Below are positions 48,914 to 58,599 of a DNA stretch of 64,000 bases, piece after piece. The notes beneath the pieces are model-generated. The model was given only the letters and a program-made list of their open reading frames with translations, did not search any database and was not told the DNA's origin. Made by a program: the position numbers and the translations under genes. Within the stretch, counting starts at the first letter, position 1. Every line of letters starts with the position of its first letter. The DNA is from Brevibacterium luteolum. Its GTDB lineage: Bacteria; Actinomycetota; Actinomycetes; Actinomycetales; Brevibacteriaceae. The DNA lies in the NCBI RefSeq assembly GCF_013004595.1, contig NZ_JABEMC010000001.1, positions 558,001-622,000 on the forward strand, read 5' to 3'.

Positions 48914-49624
48914 GTGGACTCAGCACCTGATCTGAACACACTCAACGAGCGTCTCGGGGTCGACATCGACCCCGAGACGCTTCGTCTTGCCCTCACGCAC
49001 CGCAGCTACGCGTTCGAGAACGGCGGCATCCCCACCAATGAGCGCCTGGAGTTCCTCGGTGACGCCGTCCTGCAGCTCGTCGCCACTGAGTCGCTGTTCC
49101 TCGACAACCCCGAGCTGCCCGAGGGCCGGCTGGCGAAGATGCGCGCCGCCGTCGTCAACACCCGTGCGCTGGCGCAGATCGCCCGGCGTCTGAAGATCGG
49201 CGAGTTCGTGCTGCTGGGCAAGGGCGAGGAGATGACAGGCGGGCGGACGAAGGACTCGATCCTCGCCGACACCGTCGAATCCCTCATCGGTGCCTGCTTC
49301 ATCAGCCGCGGCCGCGCAGAGGCCTTCGCACTTGTCCACCGGCTCATCGACGACATGCTCGTCGACGCCGTCCGCCTCGGCGCCGGCATGGACTACAAGA
49401 CGACCCTGCAGGAAGCCGCCGCCGACCTCGACCTCGGCGCCGTCGTCTACGAGGTCACCGGCCGCGGACCCGACCACGCACGCGTCTTCACCGCCGTCGC
49501 CCTGCTCGGCGGGACGGTATGGGGCACCGGCGAGGGCACCTCGAAGAAGGCCGCAGAAGCCGTCGCCGCCGAAGCCGCCGTCACCGCGATCCGCGCCGCC
49601 CACCCGGACTACAGCCGACACTGA
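48914..49624 (+). CDS. rnc: Ribonuclease III
   Basis: ALTHRS, NERLEFLGDAVL, LGKGE, dsRBD DYKT.LQE...GPDH...G.G.SKK.AE. Confidence 0.97.
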   Translation: MDSAPDLNTLNERLGVDIDPETLRLALTHRSYAFENGGIPTNERLEFLGDAVLQLVATESLFLDNPELPEGRLAKMRAAVVNTRALAQIARRLKIGEFVLLGKGEEMTGGRTKDSILADTVESLIGACFISRGRAEAFALVHRLIDDMLVDAVRLGAGMDYKTTLQEAAADLDLGAVVYEVTGRGPDHARVFTAVALLGGTVWGTGEGTSKKAAEAVAAEAAVTAIRAAHPDYSRH

Positions 49625-49678
49625 GTCCCCCACGCCCCGGATCGATCGGCGCCGGTGCGGCCGGGGTACAATCCGTGT

Positions 49679-49933
49679 ATGAACTCCCTTCTTCTGGCCG
49701 CTGACAATCCCCTCATGCCAACCGCATACGACGTCGTCTGGTCGACGATCCTGCTCATCCCGATCATCGTCGGCCTCATCATTGCGATTATCGGATTCGT
49801 CTTCCTCTTCAAGCTCGATCAGCCCAAGCCCAAGCGACTGCTTCTGGGGATCCTCCTGCTCTTCATGCCGCCGGTCGGGCTCATCGTCGTCATGTACGTG
49901 TACTACAGCGGCCGCAGAACAGCGGCTGCCTGA
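49679..49933 (+). CDS. Small two-TM membrane protein (resembles PLDc N-terminal domain proteins)
   Basis: NPLMPTAYDVVW, two hydrophobic helices, PPVG. TACAAT-N6-ATG leaderless start. Confidence 0.7.
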   Translation: MNSLLLAADNPLMPTAYDVVWSTILLIPIIVGLIIAIIGFVFLFKLDQPKPKRLLLGILLLFMPPVGLIVVMYVYYSGRRTAAA

Positions 49934-49942
49934 GCGAGGTCC

Positions 49943-50851
49943 GTGCCCGAGCTTCCCGAAGTCGAATCCGTCCGCCGAGGCCTGGCCGACTGGCTGCCCG
50001 GCGCCCGCGTCGCCGCAGTGCGCCTGCACGATCCGCGGATCCTCGGCACCACCTCCCAGCGCACCATCAGTCCCGCCGCCGCCGAAGCGTTCGTCACCGG
50101 CATCACCGGTGCCGGTTTCGGCGTGCCCGCCCGCCGCGGAAAGTTCCTGTGGCTGCCGCTGGCCGGAACCGGAGACATGCCGGAGCGTGCACTGTCGGTC
50201 CATCTGGGGATGAGCGGACAGTTCCGCATCCACGAGCCCGGCGACCCGGTCCACCGGCACACGCGTGCAGACTTCACCTGCTTCTCACCTGATGGCCGAG
50301 AGTTCGCGCTCCGGTTCGTCGACCAGCGGATCTTCGGCCACCTCGGCATCGATGAGCTCACCGTGCCAGGCCGGTGGAGGAGCCGCCTGCCGGTGCCAGC
50401 ACAGATGGCGCACATCGCCCCGGACCCGCTGGAGGAGAGCACTGATCTCGATGCGATCGCGCGGGTGGTCAAGACGAAGCGCTCAGCGATCAAATCGGTG
50501 CTGCTCGACCAGAGCGTGCTCAGCGGGATCGGCAACATCTACGCAGACGAGGCGCTCCATCGTGCTGGAGTCCATCCGCTCGCTCACGCCGCCCGGCTGC
50601 GGATCTCCCGAGTGCGGGCCGTGCTGGAGTCCGCGCGCGAGGTGATGCTCGAAGCGCTCGAGCAGGGCGGGACGAGCTTCGACGCCTTGTATGTCAATGT
50701 CAATGGCGAATCCGGCTACTTCGACCGGTCGCTCGGCGTCTACGGCCGCACCGGGCAGCCGTGCCTGCGCTGCGGCACCCTCATCACCCGCCTCGTCGTC
50801 GGCGGCCGCGGCACACACATCTGCCTGCAGTGCCAGAAACCACAGCGCTGA
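49943..50851 (+). CDS. mutM: Formamidopyrimidine-DNA glycosylase
   Basis: MPELPEVE, RRGKFL, HLGMSG, LLDQ...SGIGNIYADE, Zn finger C.RCG....R.T..C..CQ. Confidence 0.97.
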   Translation: MPELPEVESVRRGLADWLPGARVAAVRLHDPRILGTTSQRTISPAAAEAFVTGITGAGFGVPARRGKFLWLPLAGTGDMPERALSVHLGMSGQFRIHEPGDPVHRHTRADFTCFSPDGREFALRFVDQRIFGHLGIDELTVPGRWRSRLPVPAQMAHIAPDPLEESTDLDAIARVVKTKRSAIKSVLLDQSVLSGIGNIYADEALHRAGVHPLAHAARLRISRVRAVLESAREVMLEALEQGGTSFDALYVNVNGESGYFDRSLGVYGRTGQPCLRCGTLITRLVVGGRGTHICLQCQKPQR

Positions 50852-50923
50852 GCCTGCACGTGAGGCCGGGCTCTGGCACGAGCGAGCCGCCCATGCCGCA
50901 GTCGAACTCTTCAGTGATCAAAC

Positions 50924-51178
50924 TCAATAGTGGTAGCGAGCCTGCAAAATCACCACGTCGTCACCGTCGACAAGATACACAAGCCTGTGCTCCTCAGTGA
51001 TCCGACGCGACCAGGCCCCCTGAGCGCCGTACTTGAGCTGCTCCGGCTTGCCGATCCCGGCGAAGGGCTCGCGCAGGCAGGCATCGATGAGCGTATTGAT
51101 TCGCTTGAGGACCTTCCGGTCGGCAGTCTGCCAGTACGTGTAGTCCTCCCAGGCGGACCTGTCCCAGACCAGGCGCAC
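50924..51178 (-). CDS. yoeB: YoeB/Txe family toxin
   Basis: AWEDY.YWQ..D.K.LKRIN.LI, GIGKPE.LK, WSRRIT.EHRLVY, RYHY. Confidence 0.95.
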   Translation of the reverse strand: MRLVWDRSAWEDYTYWQTADRKVLKRINTLIDACLREPFAGIGKPEQLKYGAQGAWSRRITEEHRLVYLVDGDDVVILQARYHY

Positions 51179-51448
51179 TCAGGCGTCCCTGTCCGCATCG
51201 TCGGTGCGGTCAAGTTCGTGCACCTCGGTCCTGCCCAAGGTGGCGCGCTCGTAGGAATCGAGCAGCCGGCGGGCGTTTGCGGGCGAGCGGAACAGGTAGG
51301 CGGTCTCCTGCCATGCAGAGTACTCGTCGGCCGGCATGAGGACGGCGTTGCCCTTCCGGGAGACGATCTCCACGGCCTCCCGGTCATCGTTGACGCGCTG
51401 GATGAGGGGGAACAGGGTCTTGCGGGCTTCGCTGGCGCTGATGGACAT
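51179..51448 (-). CDS. yefM: YefM/Phd family antitoxin
   Basis: SASEAR..L..LI..VNDD, AVLM, ET.YL.RSP.NARRL. RBS GGAAGGA. Confidence 0.95.
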   Translation of the reverse strand: MSISASEARKTLFPLIQRVNDDREAVEIVSRKGNAVLMPADEYSAWQETAYLFRSPANARRLLDSYERATLGRTEVHELDRTDDADRDA

Positions 51449-51472
51449 GGGCCGCTTCCTTCCCTCGAATGA

Positions 51473-51495
51473 GTGGTACTGGTTAATGGTACCAC
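51473..51495. promoter_or_regulatory. Putative YefM operator
   Basis: Inverted repeat GTGGTAC-N9-GTACCAC containing the palindrome TGGTACCA, upstream of yefM. Confidence 0.6.
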
Positions 51496-51663
51496 GTATC
51501 AGAGGCTCTATCGAGCGTCAGTCCTCGCGCTCGCAGCGTTCGAGCAGCCCACGCGGATCCGCGATCCTCCGAAGCTGTTGCGGCTGGTCAGGACCGGCGC
51601 GTCTGCCCAGGGGGCAGAATTTCACACAATGTCACCGCAGGCATGACACAGGCCCCGACCACA

Positions 51664-51719
51664 GAGAGGAGTTGAGGCGATGTACCTGAAGTCGCTGACG
51701 CTGCGCGGTCTCAAGTCCT
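51664..51719 (+). repeat. 56-bp direct copy of the smc RBS and first 13 codons (53031-53086)
   Basis: GAGAGGAG(T/C)TGAGGCGATGTACCTGAAGTCGCTGACGCTGCGCGGT(C/T)TCAAGTCCT, 2 mismatches. Confidence 0.95.
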
Positions 51720-51852
51720 CGAGCGGCTGGACTGCTGGCGTGATCGGTGCCGGCAAGGCGCATTGATCCCACTGAAGGGCAAGGCCTGTCCCGGGGATTC
51801 ACCGAATGCGGCTCGCGACCGCATATGATCAAGGATATGCACTCCACCCCTG

Positions 51853-52836
51853 ATGTGCGGCCGTGCGCGCCGCCACCTGCGCCGTAAGTCACTTGTCGTC
51901 GACTCCCTGCTCGTCGCGATCCTCATCTTCATCATTGCGCTCGCGGTTGCATTCGTGGGTTCCGATACAGGTGCCGCGGCACTGTTCGTCCTCTCGCTGA
52001 CCTGGGTTGTGTGGGTCGTCGGTCTCATCCTCTTGCTGGTGGGAGTCACCAGTGAAATGCGGGCCAGGCGCATCAATTGCGATGACTGGGCAACTGCGAA
52101 CTCACTGGCCGCTCATGCCGAGCAGCTTCTGGCACGAGCAGAGACAGAAGCGTATTCGCTCGATGTTCATCGTGTGCTGGAGGTCGAGCGCCACTTCGAC
52201 GAGAAGACCGCTGGTGAAGCTCGGGGGACCCTCGCGCATCAATTCAGCATGTTCGGCCAGTCCTTCGGCCTGGGCTACGCCGCGAACAATCGGACGTCAG
52301 TTGCAGCCGGGGTGCATTCCGCTGCGATCAACGGCATGTCCGATGTCCACCTGAGGCTGTCTTCGACGACGCGCCACGATCTGATGGGTGACGCTCTCTT
52401 CGCGCTCTTCGAAGTCCACGATGCGTCCGGCCAGCCCGACACGCTGCGTGTGACAGCGCTGTCCAACGGCGCTGTCACGGAGTGGATCCACGCCCTCGTC
52501 CTGCAGACAGCCGAGCAGCTCGGGATGGACACCCATTCCGGGGTCACAGTGGAAGCCTATGCGTCGCGAATCGCAGACCACTTCGCCCCAGCTGACGTCT
52601 CGTACCTCTCCGACCGTCTCCGGCTCGCTCTCGCCCAGATCGAACGTGGTGAGGAACCGCCGTCGATCTACGTTGAAGGTGTGCCGTCAGGGCGCGGTGC
52701 GATCGTGGCGACAAGTGCTCGCGTGGGCGAGGCGGATGCGCTTCGGATCTTTCCCACAGCGCTTCCCGCAATGTGGGGACACACCGTCGGCGGTGCTCTG
52801 GCCGCAGCGGTGCCGCCGAAGGAGATCAGCGCCTGA
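51853..52836 (+). CDS. Hypothetical membrane protein (two N-terminal TM helices plus a soluble domain); 5' end possibly frameshifted
   Basis: 327-aa ORF with hydrophobic LLVAILIFIIALAVAFV and ALFVLSLTWVVWVVGLILLLV. The leaderless-type ATG at 51837 is out of frame. Confidence 0.65.
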   Translation: MCGRARRHLRRKSLVVDSLLVAILIFIIALAVAFVGSDTGAAALFVLSLTWVVWVVGLILLLVGVTSEMRARRINCDDWATANSLAAHAEQLLARAETEAYSLDVHRVLEVERHFDEKTAGEARGTLAHQFSMFGQSFGLGYAANNRTSVAAGVHSAAINGMSDVHLRLSSTTRHDLMGDALFALFEVHDASGQPDTLRVTALSNGAVTEWIHALVLQTAEQLGMDTHSGVTVEAYASRIADHFAPADVSYLSDRLRLALAQIERGEEPPSIYVEGVPSGRGAIVATSARVGEADALRIFPTALPAMWGHTVGGALAAAVPPKEISA

Positions 52837-53046
52837 CTCCCGCAGACAACAGCGTCTGCATCCCTCCACCGCGGAAGAGATCCCCGAGCGCCAGCCCCCA
52901 ATCAGACTGGTGCGGTCCGCCCCCAATCAGACTGGTCAGATCCCCGCTACCAGGCTGAACGGTAGACTTTCGGGGAGAATCCCCGCCTGTCCCCACCGGC
53001 AGGGTGGACGCAGGGGCACAACGGACCGTCGAGAGGAGCTGAGGCG

Positions 53047-56000
53047 ATGTACCTGAAGTCGCTGACGCTGCGCGGTTTCAAGTCCTTCGCCTCAGCCACC
53101 ACGCTCGCCTTCGAACCCGGCATCACCTGTGTCGTCGGGCCCAACGGCTCGGGCAAGTCCAACGTCGTCGACGCGCTGGCCTGGGTGATGGGGGAGCAGG
53201 GGGCGAAGAATCTGCGCGGCGGGAAGATGGACGACGTCATCTTCGCCGGCACCTCCTCCCGGCAGGCCCTCGGACGTGCCGAGGTGTCACTGACGATCGA
53301 CAACACCGACGGTGCGATTCCGATCGAGTACACCGAGGTGACGATCTCCCGGACGCTGTTCCGCACCGGCGGCAGCGAGTACGCCGTCAACGGCGCACCG
53401 GCCCGGCTGCTCGACATCCAAGAGCTGCTCAACGACTCCGGTCTGGGCAAGGAGATGCACGTCATCGTCGGGCAGGGCCGGCTCGACCAGATCCTGCACG
53501 CCGACCCACTCGAGCGCCGCGGCTTCATCGAAGAGGCCGCCGGGGTGCTCAAGCATCGCCGCCGTAAGGACAAGGCGCTGCGCAAGCTCACCGGCCTGCA
53601 GACCAACCTCGACCGGGTCGCCGACCTGCGCGCCGAACTCGCCCGGCAGCTCGGCCCGCTCGGCCGGCAGGCCAAGGCAGCCAAACGCGCCGCTGTCGTG
53701 CAGGCGACCCTGCGCGACACCGCCGCCCGGCTGCTCGCCGACGACATCGTCCAAGTCCAGGCCCGGCTGGAGACCATCACCGGACCCGAGGACTCCCAGC
53801 AGCGCCGCGAACAGCTGCAGGCCGCACTCACCGACATCGACGAGCGGATCCGCGCCGTCGAGACACAGCTGCGCGACCACGACTCCGGCGCCGAGGCGAC
53901 CCGCACCCGGCTGCGCACCGCCGGCAATCGTGCGACCCGCGCTACCGCGCTGGCCCAGCGGGCAGGCGACCGGATCGGGTTCCTCGAACAGGCCCCGGTC
54001 GAACGCAGCGGCGGCGACAGCCCCGATGCGATCCGGGCCAGAGCTGCGAAGTTCGAAGAGGAACTCGAAACCGTGGCAGCCGATCACGAGCAGAAAGCCG
54101 CCGAACTCGCCGAGCTCACAACCCGGCGCGATGAAGCGGCGGGGAAGCTGAAGGAAGCCGAGCAGCAGCTCACCGTCCAGCGGCAGCGCATCGCCCAGCG
54201 GCTGCGGGAGCGCTCCAGTGTCGAATCCGCCCGCGATGTCGCGCGCAAGACCCTCGCTGATGCCCAGCGTCAGCTTTTAGGCCTCGACGAACAGGAATCG
54301 TCCCTGACCAGCAGGCTGGACGAGGCGAAGAAGGCACTTGCGGCAGCCCAGCAGCAGGCCCAGGACACCGAATCCGGGGAGACCGCGCTCGACGAAGCCC
54401 ACGAGACGGCACTTGAGAAGCTGAACGCACTCCAGGAAGCGAAGTCGAAGGACGAAGCCGAACGCGACGAGATCCGCACCGAACTCGGCCAAGCCAAGGC
54501 CCGGGTCGAGGCGCTGCAGATGAGCACCCGGCTGGCCGCCGAGACTGCTGAGCTGCTCGACAGCGGACTGCCCGGCATCCAGAGTGCCGTCGGCGACCAG
54601 CTCGACATCACCCCCGGCTGCGAAACTGCCATCACCGCAGTCCTCGGCGAACTCGCAGGAGCCGTCGTCGTCGACGACATCGACGCAGCGCTCGCCGTCC
54701 TCAACCACGTCGGTGAGGACACCGACGTCGACCTCGTCGTCGCCGGAACGTCGAACACAGCCAAGGAGACGGCGGGTGCCTCGGCGACCTCCGCCTCGGG
54801 CGCGGATGCCCCCGACCTGAGCGCCGGCGTGGAAGCACTCGACCTCGTCTCGACCAGACATCCCGGACTGGCCGCCCTGCTGCAGGCCAGCCTCGGCGAT
54901 GTCATCGTCGTCGACTCCGCTGACACCGCCGCCGCGCGAGCCCGCGAGGCCGGCGGGAAGACCTTCGTCACCCCGGCCGGTGAGGTGTTCTCACCCTTCC
55001 GGGTGGCGCGGGCGAGCTCCGGGGAGGGCGCGCGCATCGCCTCGCGGCAGGCGCTGGCCGAAACCGCCGAGAAGGTCGAGGCGCTCGAACAGGCGCTGGC
55101 TGCCGTCGAGAAGCGCCTGGCCGATGCCGAACCCGGCATCAGCGCGGCACAGACCGCAGTCGATGAGGCACTGGAGAAGCTGTATGCCTCCGATGCGCAG
55201 ATCGTGGCCGTCGGGCAGGAAGTCTCGCGGGCGGCAGAGGAAGTCCAGCGCCTGGAGAAGACACTGGCCGGCACCGAGGAGACCCGCAGCAGGCTGGCCG
55301 ACGACATCGCGACAGCCGAAGCCGAACTCGAACGCGCCGAAACCGCGCTCAAAGCCAACACCGACCACGTCGAAGAGGAACCGGACACGAGCGAACGCGA
55401 CGCCCTCGCCGCACGCGTCGCAGGGCTTGGCGATGAGGTGATGGAAGCCCGCATCGCCGAACGCGGACTCAGCGACCGTGTCGGATTCCTCACCGACCGG
55501 ATCCGCGGCCTCGAACGGGCCGCCAAGCAGGAAGAAGACGCCCGCGCCCAAGCCGCCCGGTCCGCAGCACGGCGGCGCGCCCAGGCAGAATCCGCCCGCG
55601 TCATCGAACGGCTCGCCGAAGCGCTGGCGACCCGGCTCAAGGATATCGAAGCCCGCGCCGAGGCCGAACTGGCCGAATCGAAGACCCGGCACGAACAGCT
55701 CGACGAGGAGCTGCGGCGGCTGCGCGAGTCCCGCGCGAGCCAGGCCGATGAGCTCACCGCCGTCACCGATGCCGAACACCAAGCCCAGCTGGCACGCGAG
55801 CGGTTCGTGCTCACCCTTGATGAGCTCACCCGCCGGGCGCGTGAGGACATCGGCCTGTCCCCGGAGAACCTCGTCGACCAGTTCGGCCCGCACATGCCGG
55901 TGCCGAGCCTCGACGGGCAGGGCAGCACCGAGGATGAAGACGACGAGACCTCGGCCGGGGAGGTGCCCTACGTCCGCGCCGATGTCGAGAAAGCCCATGC

Positions 56001-56628
56001 CGCTGCCGAGAAGGAGCTGAAGAAGATCGGCGCGGTCAACCCGCTGGCATTGGAGGAGTACGCCGCGCTCAACGAGCGTCACGACTACCTCGAAAAGCAG
56101 ATCAACGACATCGAGGCGAGCCGGCGCGACCTGCTGGGGCTCGTCGACGACGTCGATGAGCACGTCCGCACCGTCTTCGCCGAGGCGTTCGCTGACACCC
56201 AGCGAGAGTTCGCCGACATCTTCTCCCGGCTCTTCCCGGGCGGTGAGGGCCGGCTCGAACTCACCGAACCCGATGACATGCTCGCCACCGGCGTCGACGT
56301 CTACGCCCGGCCAGCGGGCAAGAAGGTCAAGCGGCTCTCGCTGCTCTCCGGTGGTGAGCGCTCCCTGGTGGCGATCGCCATGCTCGTGGCGATCTTCAAG
56401 GCCCGCCCGAGCCCGTTCTACGTCATGGACGAAGTTGAAGCCGCCCTCGACGACCTCAACCTCTCACGCCTGCTCACGGTGTTCCAGGAGCTGCAGGAGT
56501 CCTCCCAGCTCATCGTCATCACCCACCAGAAGCGCACGATGGAGATCGCCGACGCCCTCTACGGCGTCACCATGCACGGCGACGGAGTCTCAAAGGTAAT
56601 CTCTCAGCGAATTCACCGCACCGAATAA
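53047..56628 (+). CDS. smc: Chromosome segregation protein SMC
   Basis: LRGFKSFA, GPNGSGKSN, coiled coils and hinge, LSGGE, MDEVEAALD, ITHQK.TM. Confidence 0.97.
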   Translation: MYLKSLTLRGFKSFASATTLAFEPGITCVVGPNGSGKSNVVDALAWVMGEQGAKNLRGGKMDDVIFAGTSSRQALGRAEVSLTIDNTDGAIPIEYTEVTISRTLFRTGGSEYAVNGAPARLLDIQELLNDSGLGKEMHVIVGQGRLDQILHADPLERRGFIEEAAGVLKHRRRKDKALRKLTGLQTNLDRVADLRAELARQLGPLGRQAKAAKRAAVVQATLRDTAARLLADDIVQVQARLETITGPEDSQQRREQLQAALTDIDERIRAVETQLRDHDSGAEATRTRLRTAGNRATRATALAQRAGDRIGFLEQAPVERSGGDSPDAIRARAAKFEEELETVAADHEQKAAELAELTTRRDEAAGKLKEAEQQLTVQRQRIAQRLRERSSVESARDVARKTLADAQRQLLGLDEQESSLTSRLDEAKKALAAAQQQAQDTESGETALDEAHETALEKLNALQEAKSKDEAERDEIRTELGQAKARVEALQMSTRLAAETAELLDSGLPGIQSAVGDQLDITPGCETAITAVLGELAGAVVVDDIDAALAVLNHVGEDTDVDLVVAGTSNTAKETAGASATSASGADAPDLSAGVEALDLVSTRHPGLAALLQASLGDVIVVDSADTAAARAREAGGKTFVTPAGEVFSPFRVARASSGEGARIASRQALAETAEKVEALEQALAAVEKRLADAEPGISAAQTAVDEALEKLYASDAQIVAVGQEVSRAAEEVQRLEKTLAGTEETRSRLADDIATAEAELERAETALKANTDHVEEEPDTSERDALAARVAGLGDEVMEARIAERGLSDRVGFLTDRIRGLERAAKQEEDARAQAARSAARRRAQAESARVIERLAEALATRLKDIEARAEAELAESKTRHEQLDEELRRLRESRASQADELTAVTDAEHQAQLARERFVLTLDELTRRAREDIGLSPENLVDQFGPHMPVPSLDGQGSTEDEDDETSAGEVPYVRADVEKAHAAAEKELKKIGAVNPLALEEYAALNERHDYLEKQINDIEASRRDLLGLVDDVDEHVRTVFAEAFADTQREFADIFSRLFPGGEGRLELTEPDDMLATGVDVYARPAGKKVKRLSLLSGGERSLVAIAMLVAIFKARPSPFYVMDEVEAALDDLNLSRLLTVFQELQESSQLIVITHQKRTMEIADALYGVTMHGDGVSKVISQRIHRTE

Positions 56629-56779
56629 CCCGGCCCGTCAAGCGATGAGCAGGCGGGGATATACACTGAAAAGGACGAATGCTCATCGCCGAGGTGCTGG
56701 GCGTTCACGAGTACACGGACACCGGTAGAGGAAGGAGCTCCCCGCCCATGCCCGCAGGTCAGCCCATTTCGGAGACGCC

Positions 56780-57172
56780 ATGGGCATAGGCGGCGGCATG
56801 GCAGTCCTCATCGGCATGGGAGCCACGGTGCTCATCGGCCTCGTCATCGTGCTCGTCGTCGCGCTGCCGGGTCTGCAGTCCGAAGGCCGGATCAAGAGCG
56901 ACCGCACCCAGCGCTTCCGGCTGCCGAGCGAATGGACCGGATACGACGATGACGCCTACGGGTTCTTCGGCCACGACGAGGAGACCTCGCACCTGGCCAC
57001 CCGCGAACAGGCCGCCGTCACCGCAATGCGCGAGCACTCCTATGTGCTGCGCCCCCAGCCGCGCCGCCACTGCACCCCGCCGCTGCTGACCTTCCGGCCG
57101 CGCACCCGGCACTGGAAGGTGCCCGAGACTGGATCGGGCTTCCGCACCGCCATCACCCTGCTGTTCGGATAG
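56780..57172 (+). CDS. Hypothetical small protein with an N-terminal TM helix
   Basis: GC3-rich ORF, GGAG RBS, hydrophobic VLIGMGATVLIGLVIVLVVAL. Confidence 0.55.
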   Translation: MGIGGGMAVLIGMGATVLIGLVIVLVVALPGLQSEGRIKSDRTQRFRLPSEWTGYDDDAYGFFGHDEETSHLATREQAAVTAMREHSYVLRPQPRRHCTPPLLTFRPRTRHWKVPETGSGFRTAITLLFG

Positions 57173-57324
57173 GCCCAGCTGGCAGCTTGCCAGCCGCACA
57201 CGCACATGGCACTGTGCACAGTGAAGCGCCCCACCCGGGCACCTGAGATCATGACCTTCCCCGTGACTGACCGCCGACCAACGCCGTCGCACATGGCCGG
57301 CCTGCCTACTGTTTGGAGTTGAAC

Positions 57325-58476
57325 GTGGACCTCCTGACCGGAGACTCACTGCTGTGGATCGTGCTTATCGGCGCCGCCGTGCTCATCATCGGCGGAGCCT
57401 TCCTCTTCGTTCCGAAGCGCCGCAAGCCCGCCCCGCCGGAAAGCGAGCTGCCGGACCTGACCGAGGAGCCGGGCCTCGAACCCGGTGAAGAGCCCGAGGC
57501 GCCGGTCGCGGTTGAGACACCGACCGAACCCACGACACGGCTGGCCAAGCTGCGCAACCGGCTGTCGAAGTCGAACTCCACGCTCGGCCGCGGCCTGCTC
57601 GCCCTGCTCTCACGCGACACGCTTGATGAGGCGACGTGGGAGGAGATCGAGGACACCCTCATCATGGCCGACCTCGGCGTCGACACCACCACCGAACTCG
57701 TCGACCGGCTGCGCGAACGCGTCCGCGTGCTTGGCACCCGCGAACCGGAGACCGTCCGGGAACTGCTGCGCGAAGAGCTTATCAACGTCGTCGACCCGAC
57801 CATGGACCGTCGCCTCAATGTCGAACGCGAGAACTCCGGCACGCCTGGCGGCGACCCGGCCGTCGTGCTAGTCGTCGGCGTCAACGGTGCCGGCAAGACG
57901 ACGACGGTCGGCAAGATCGCCCGTGTGCTCGTCGCCGAGGGCCGCAGCGTGCGTCTCGGTGCAGCCGATACCTTTCGTGCTGCGGCTGCCGAGCAGCTGA
58001 CCACCTGGGGTGAGCGCGTCGGTGTTGAGACGATCAGGGGAGAAGAGGGTGCCGATCCCGCCTCGGTCGCCTATGCCGCAGTCGAACAGGGCAAGGTCGA
58101 CGGCGCTGACGTCGTGCTCATCGACACCGCCGGGCGCCTGCAGAACAAGCGCGACCTCATGGACGAGCTCGGCAAGGTCAAGCGTGTGGCTTCCCGCCCG
58201 TTGAGCGAAGAGGGCCACGACATCGACGAGGTGCTCCTCGTCCTCGACGCGACCACCGGGCAGAACGGCATGCAGCAGGCCAAGGTGTTCTCCGAAGCCG
58301 TCCACATCACTGGCATCGTGCTCACCAAGCTCGACGGCACCGCCAAGGGCGGCATCGTCGTTGCCGTCCAGCGCGCTCTCGGCGTGCCGGTCAAGCTCAT
58401 CGGCCTCGGTGAGGGCGCTGACGACCTCGCGCCCTTCGACGCGGCAGGATTCGTCGACGCCCTGCTGGCCGAATGA
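57325..58476 (+). CDS. ftsY: SRP receptor FtsY with N-terminal TM anchor
   Basis: GVNGAGKTTT, DTFRAAA, DTAGRLQ, DATTGQN, TKLDGTAKGG, G.GE..DDL. Confidence 0.96.
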   Translation: MDLLTGDSLLWIVLIGAAVLIIGGAFLFVPKRRKPAPPESELPDLTEEPGLEPGEEPEAPVAVETPTEPTTRLAKLRNRLSKSNSTLGRGLLALLSRDTLDEATWEEIEDTLIMADLGVDTTTELVDRLRERVRVLGTREPETVRELLREELINVVDPTMDRRLNVERENSGTPGGDPAVVLVVGVNGAGKTTTVGKIARVLVAEGRSVRLGAADTFRAAAAEQLTTWGERVGVETIRGEEGADPASVAYAAVEQGKVDGADVVLIDTAGRLQNKRDLMDELGKVKRVASRPLSEEGHDIDEVLLVLDATTGQNGMQQAKVFSEAVHITGIVLTKLDGTAKGGIVVAVQRALGVPVKLIGLGEGADDLAPFDAAGFVDALLAE

Positions 58477-58599
58477 CGGTCCCCAGCAGCTCCGCAGCGG
58501 CTGTGTCATGACCGGAACGCTGGCCATGCGTTGACCGGTTGCCGTGCGTTATCCTGAGATGTTGACAAGTACTGACTCTGACGAAAGCTGAAGACCTTC

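Noticed and set aside
56678..56790. Short ORFs upstream of 56780 (MLIAEVLG... and MPAGQPISETPWA)
   Set aside because: RBS-like sequences are present, but there is no recognisable motif or other support.
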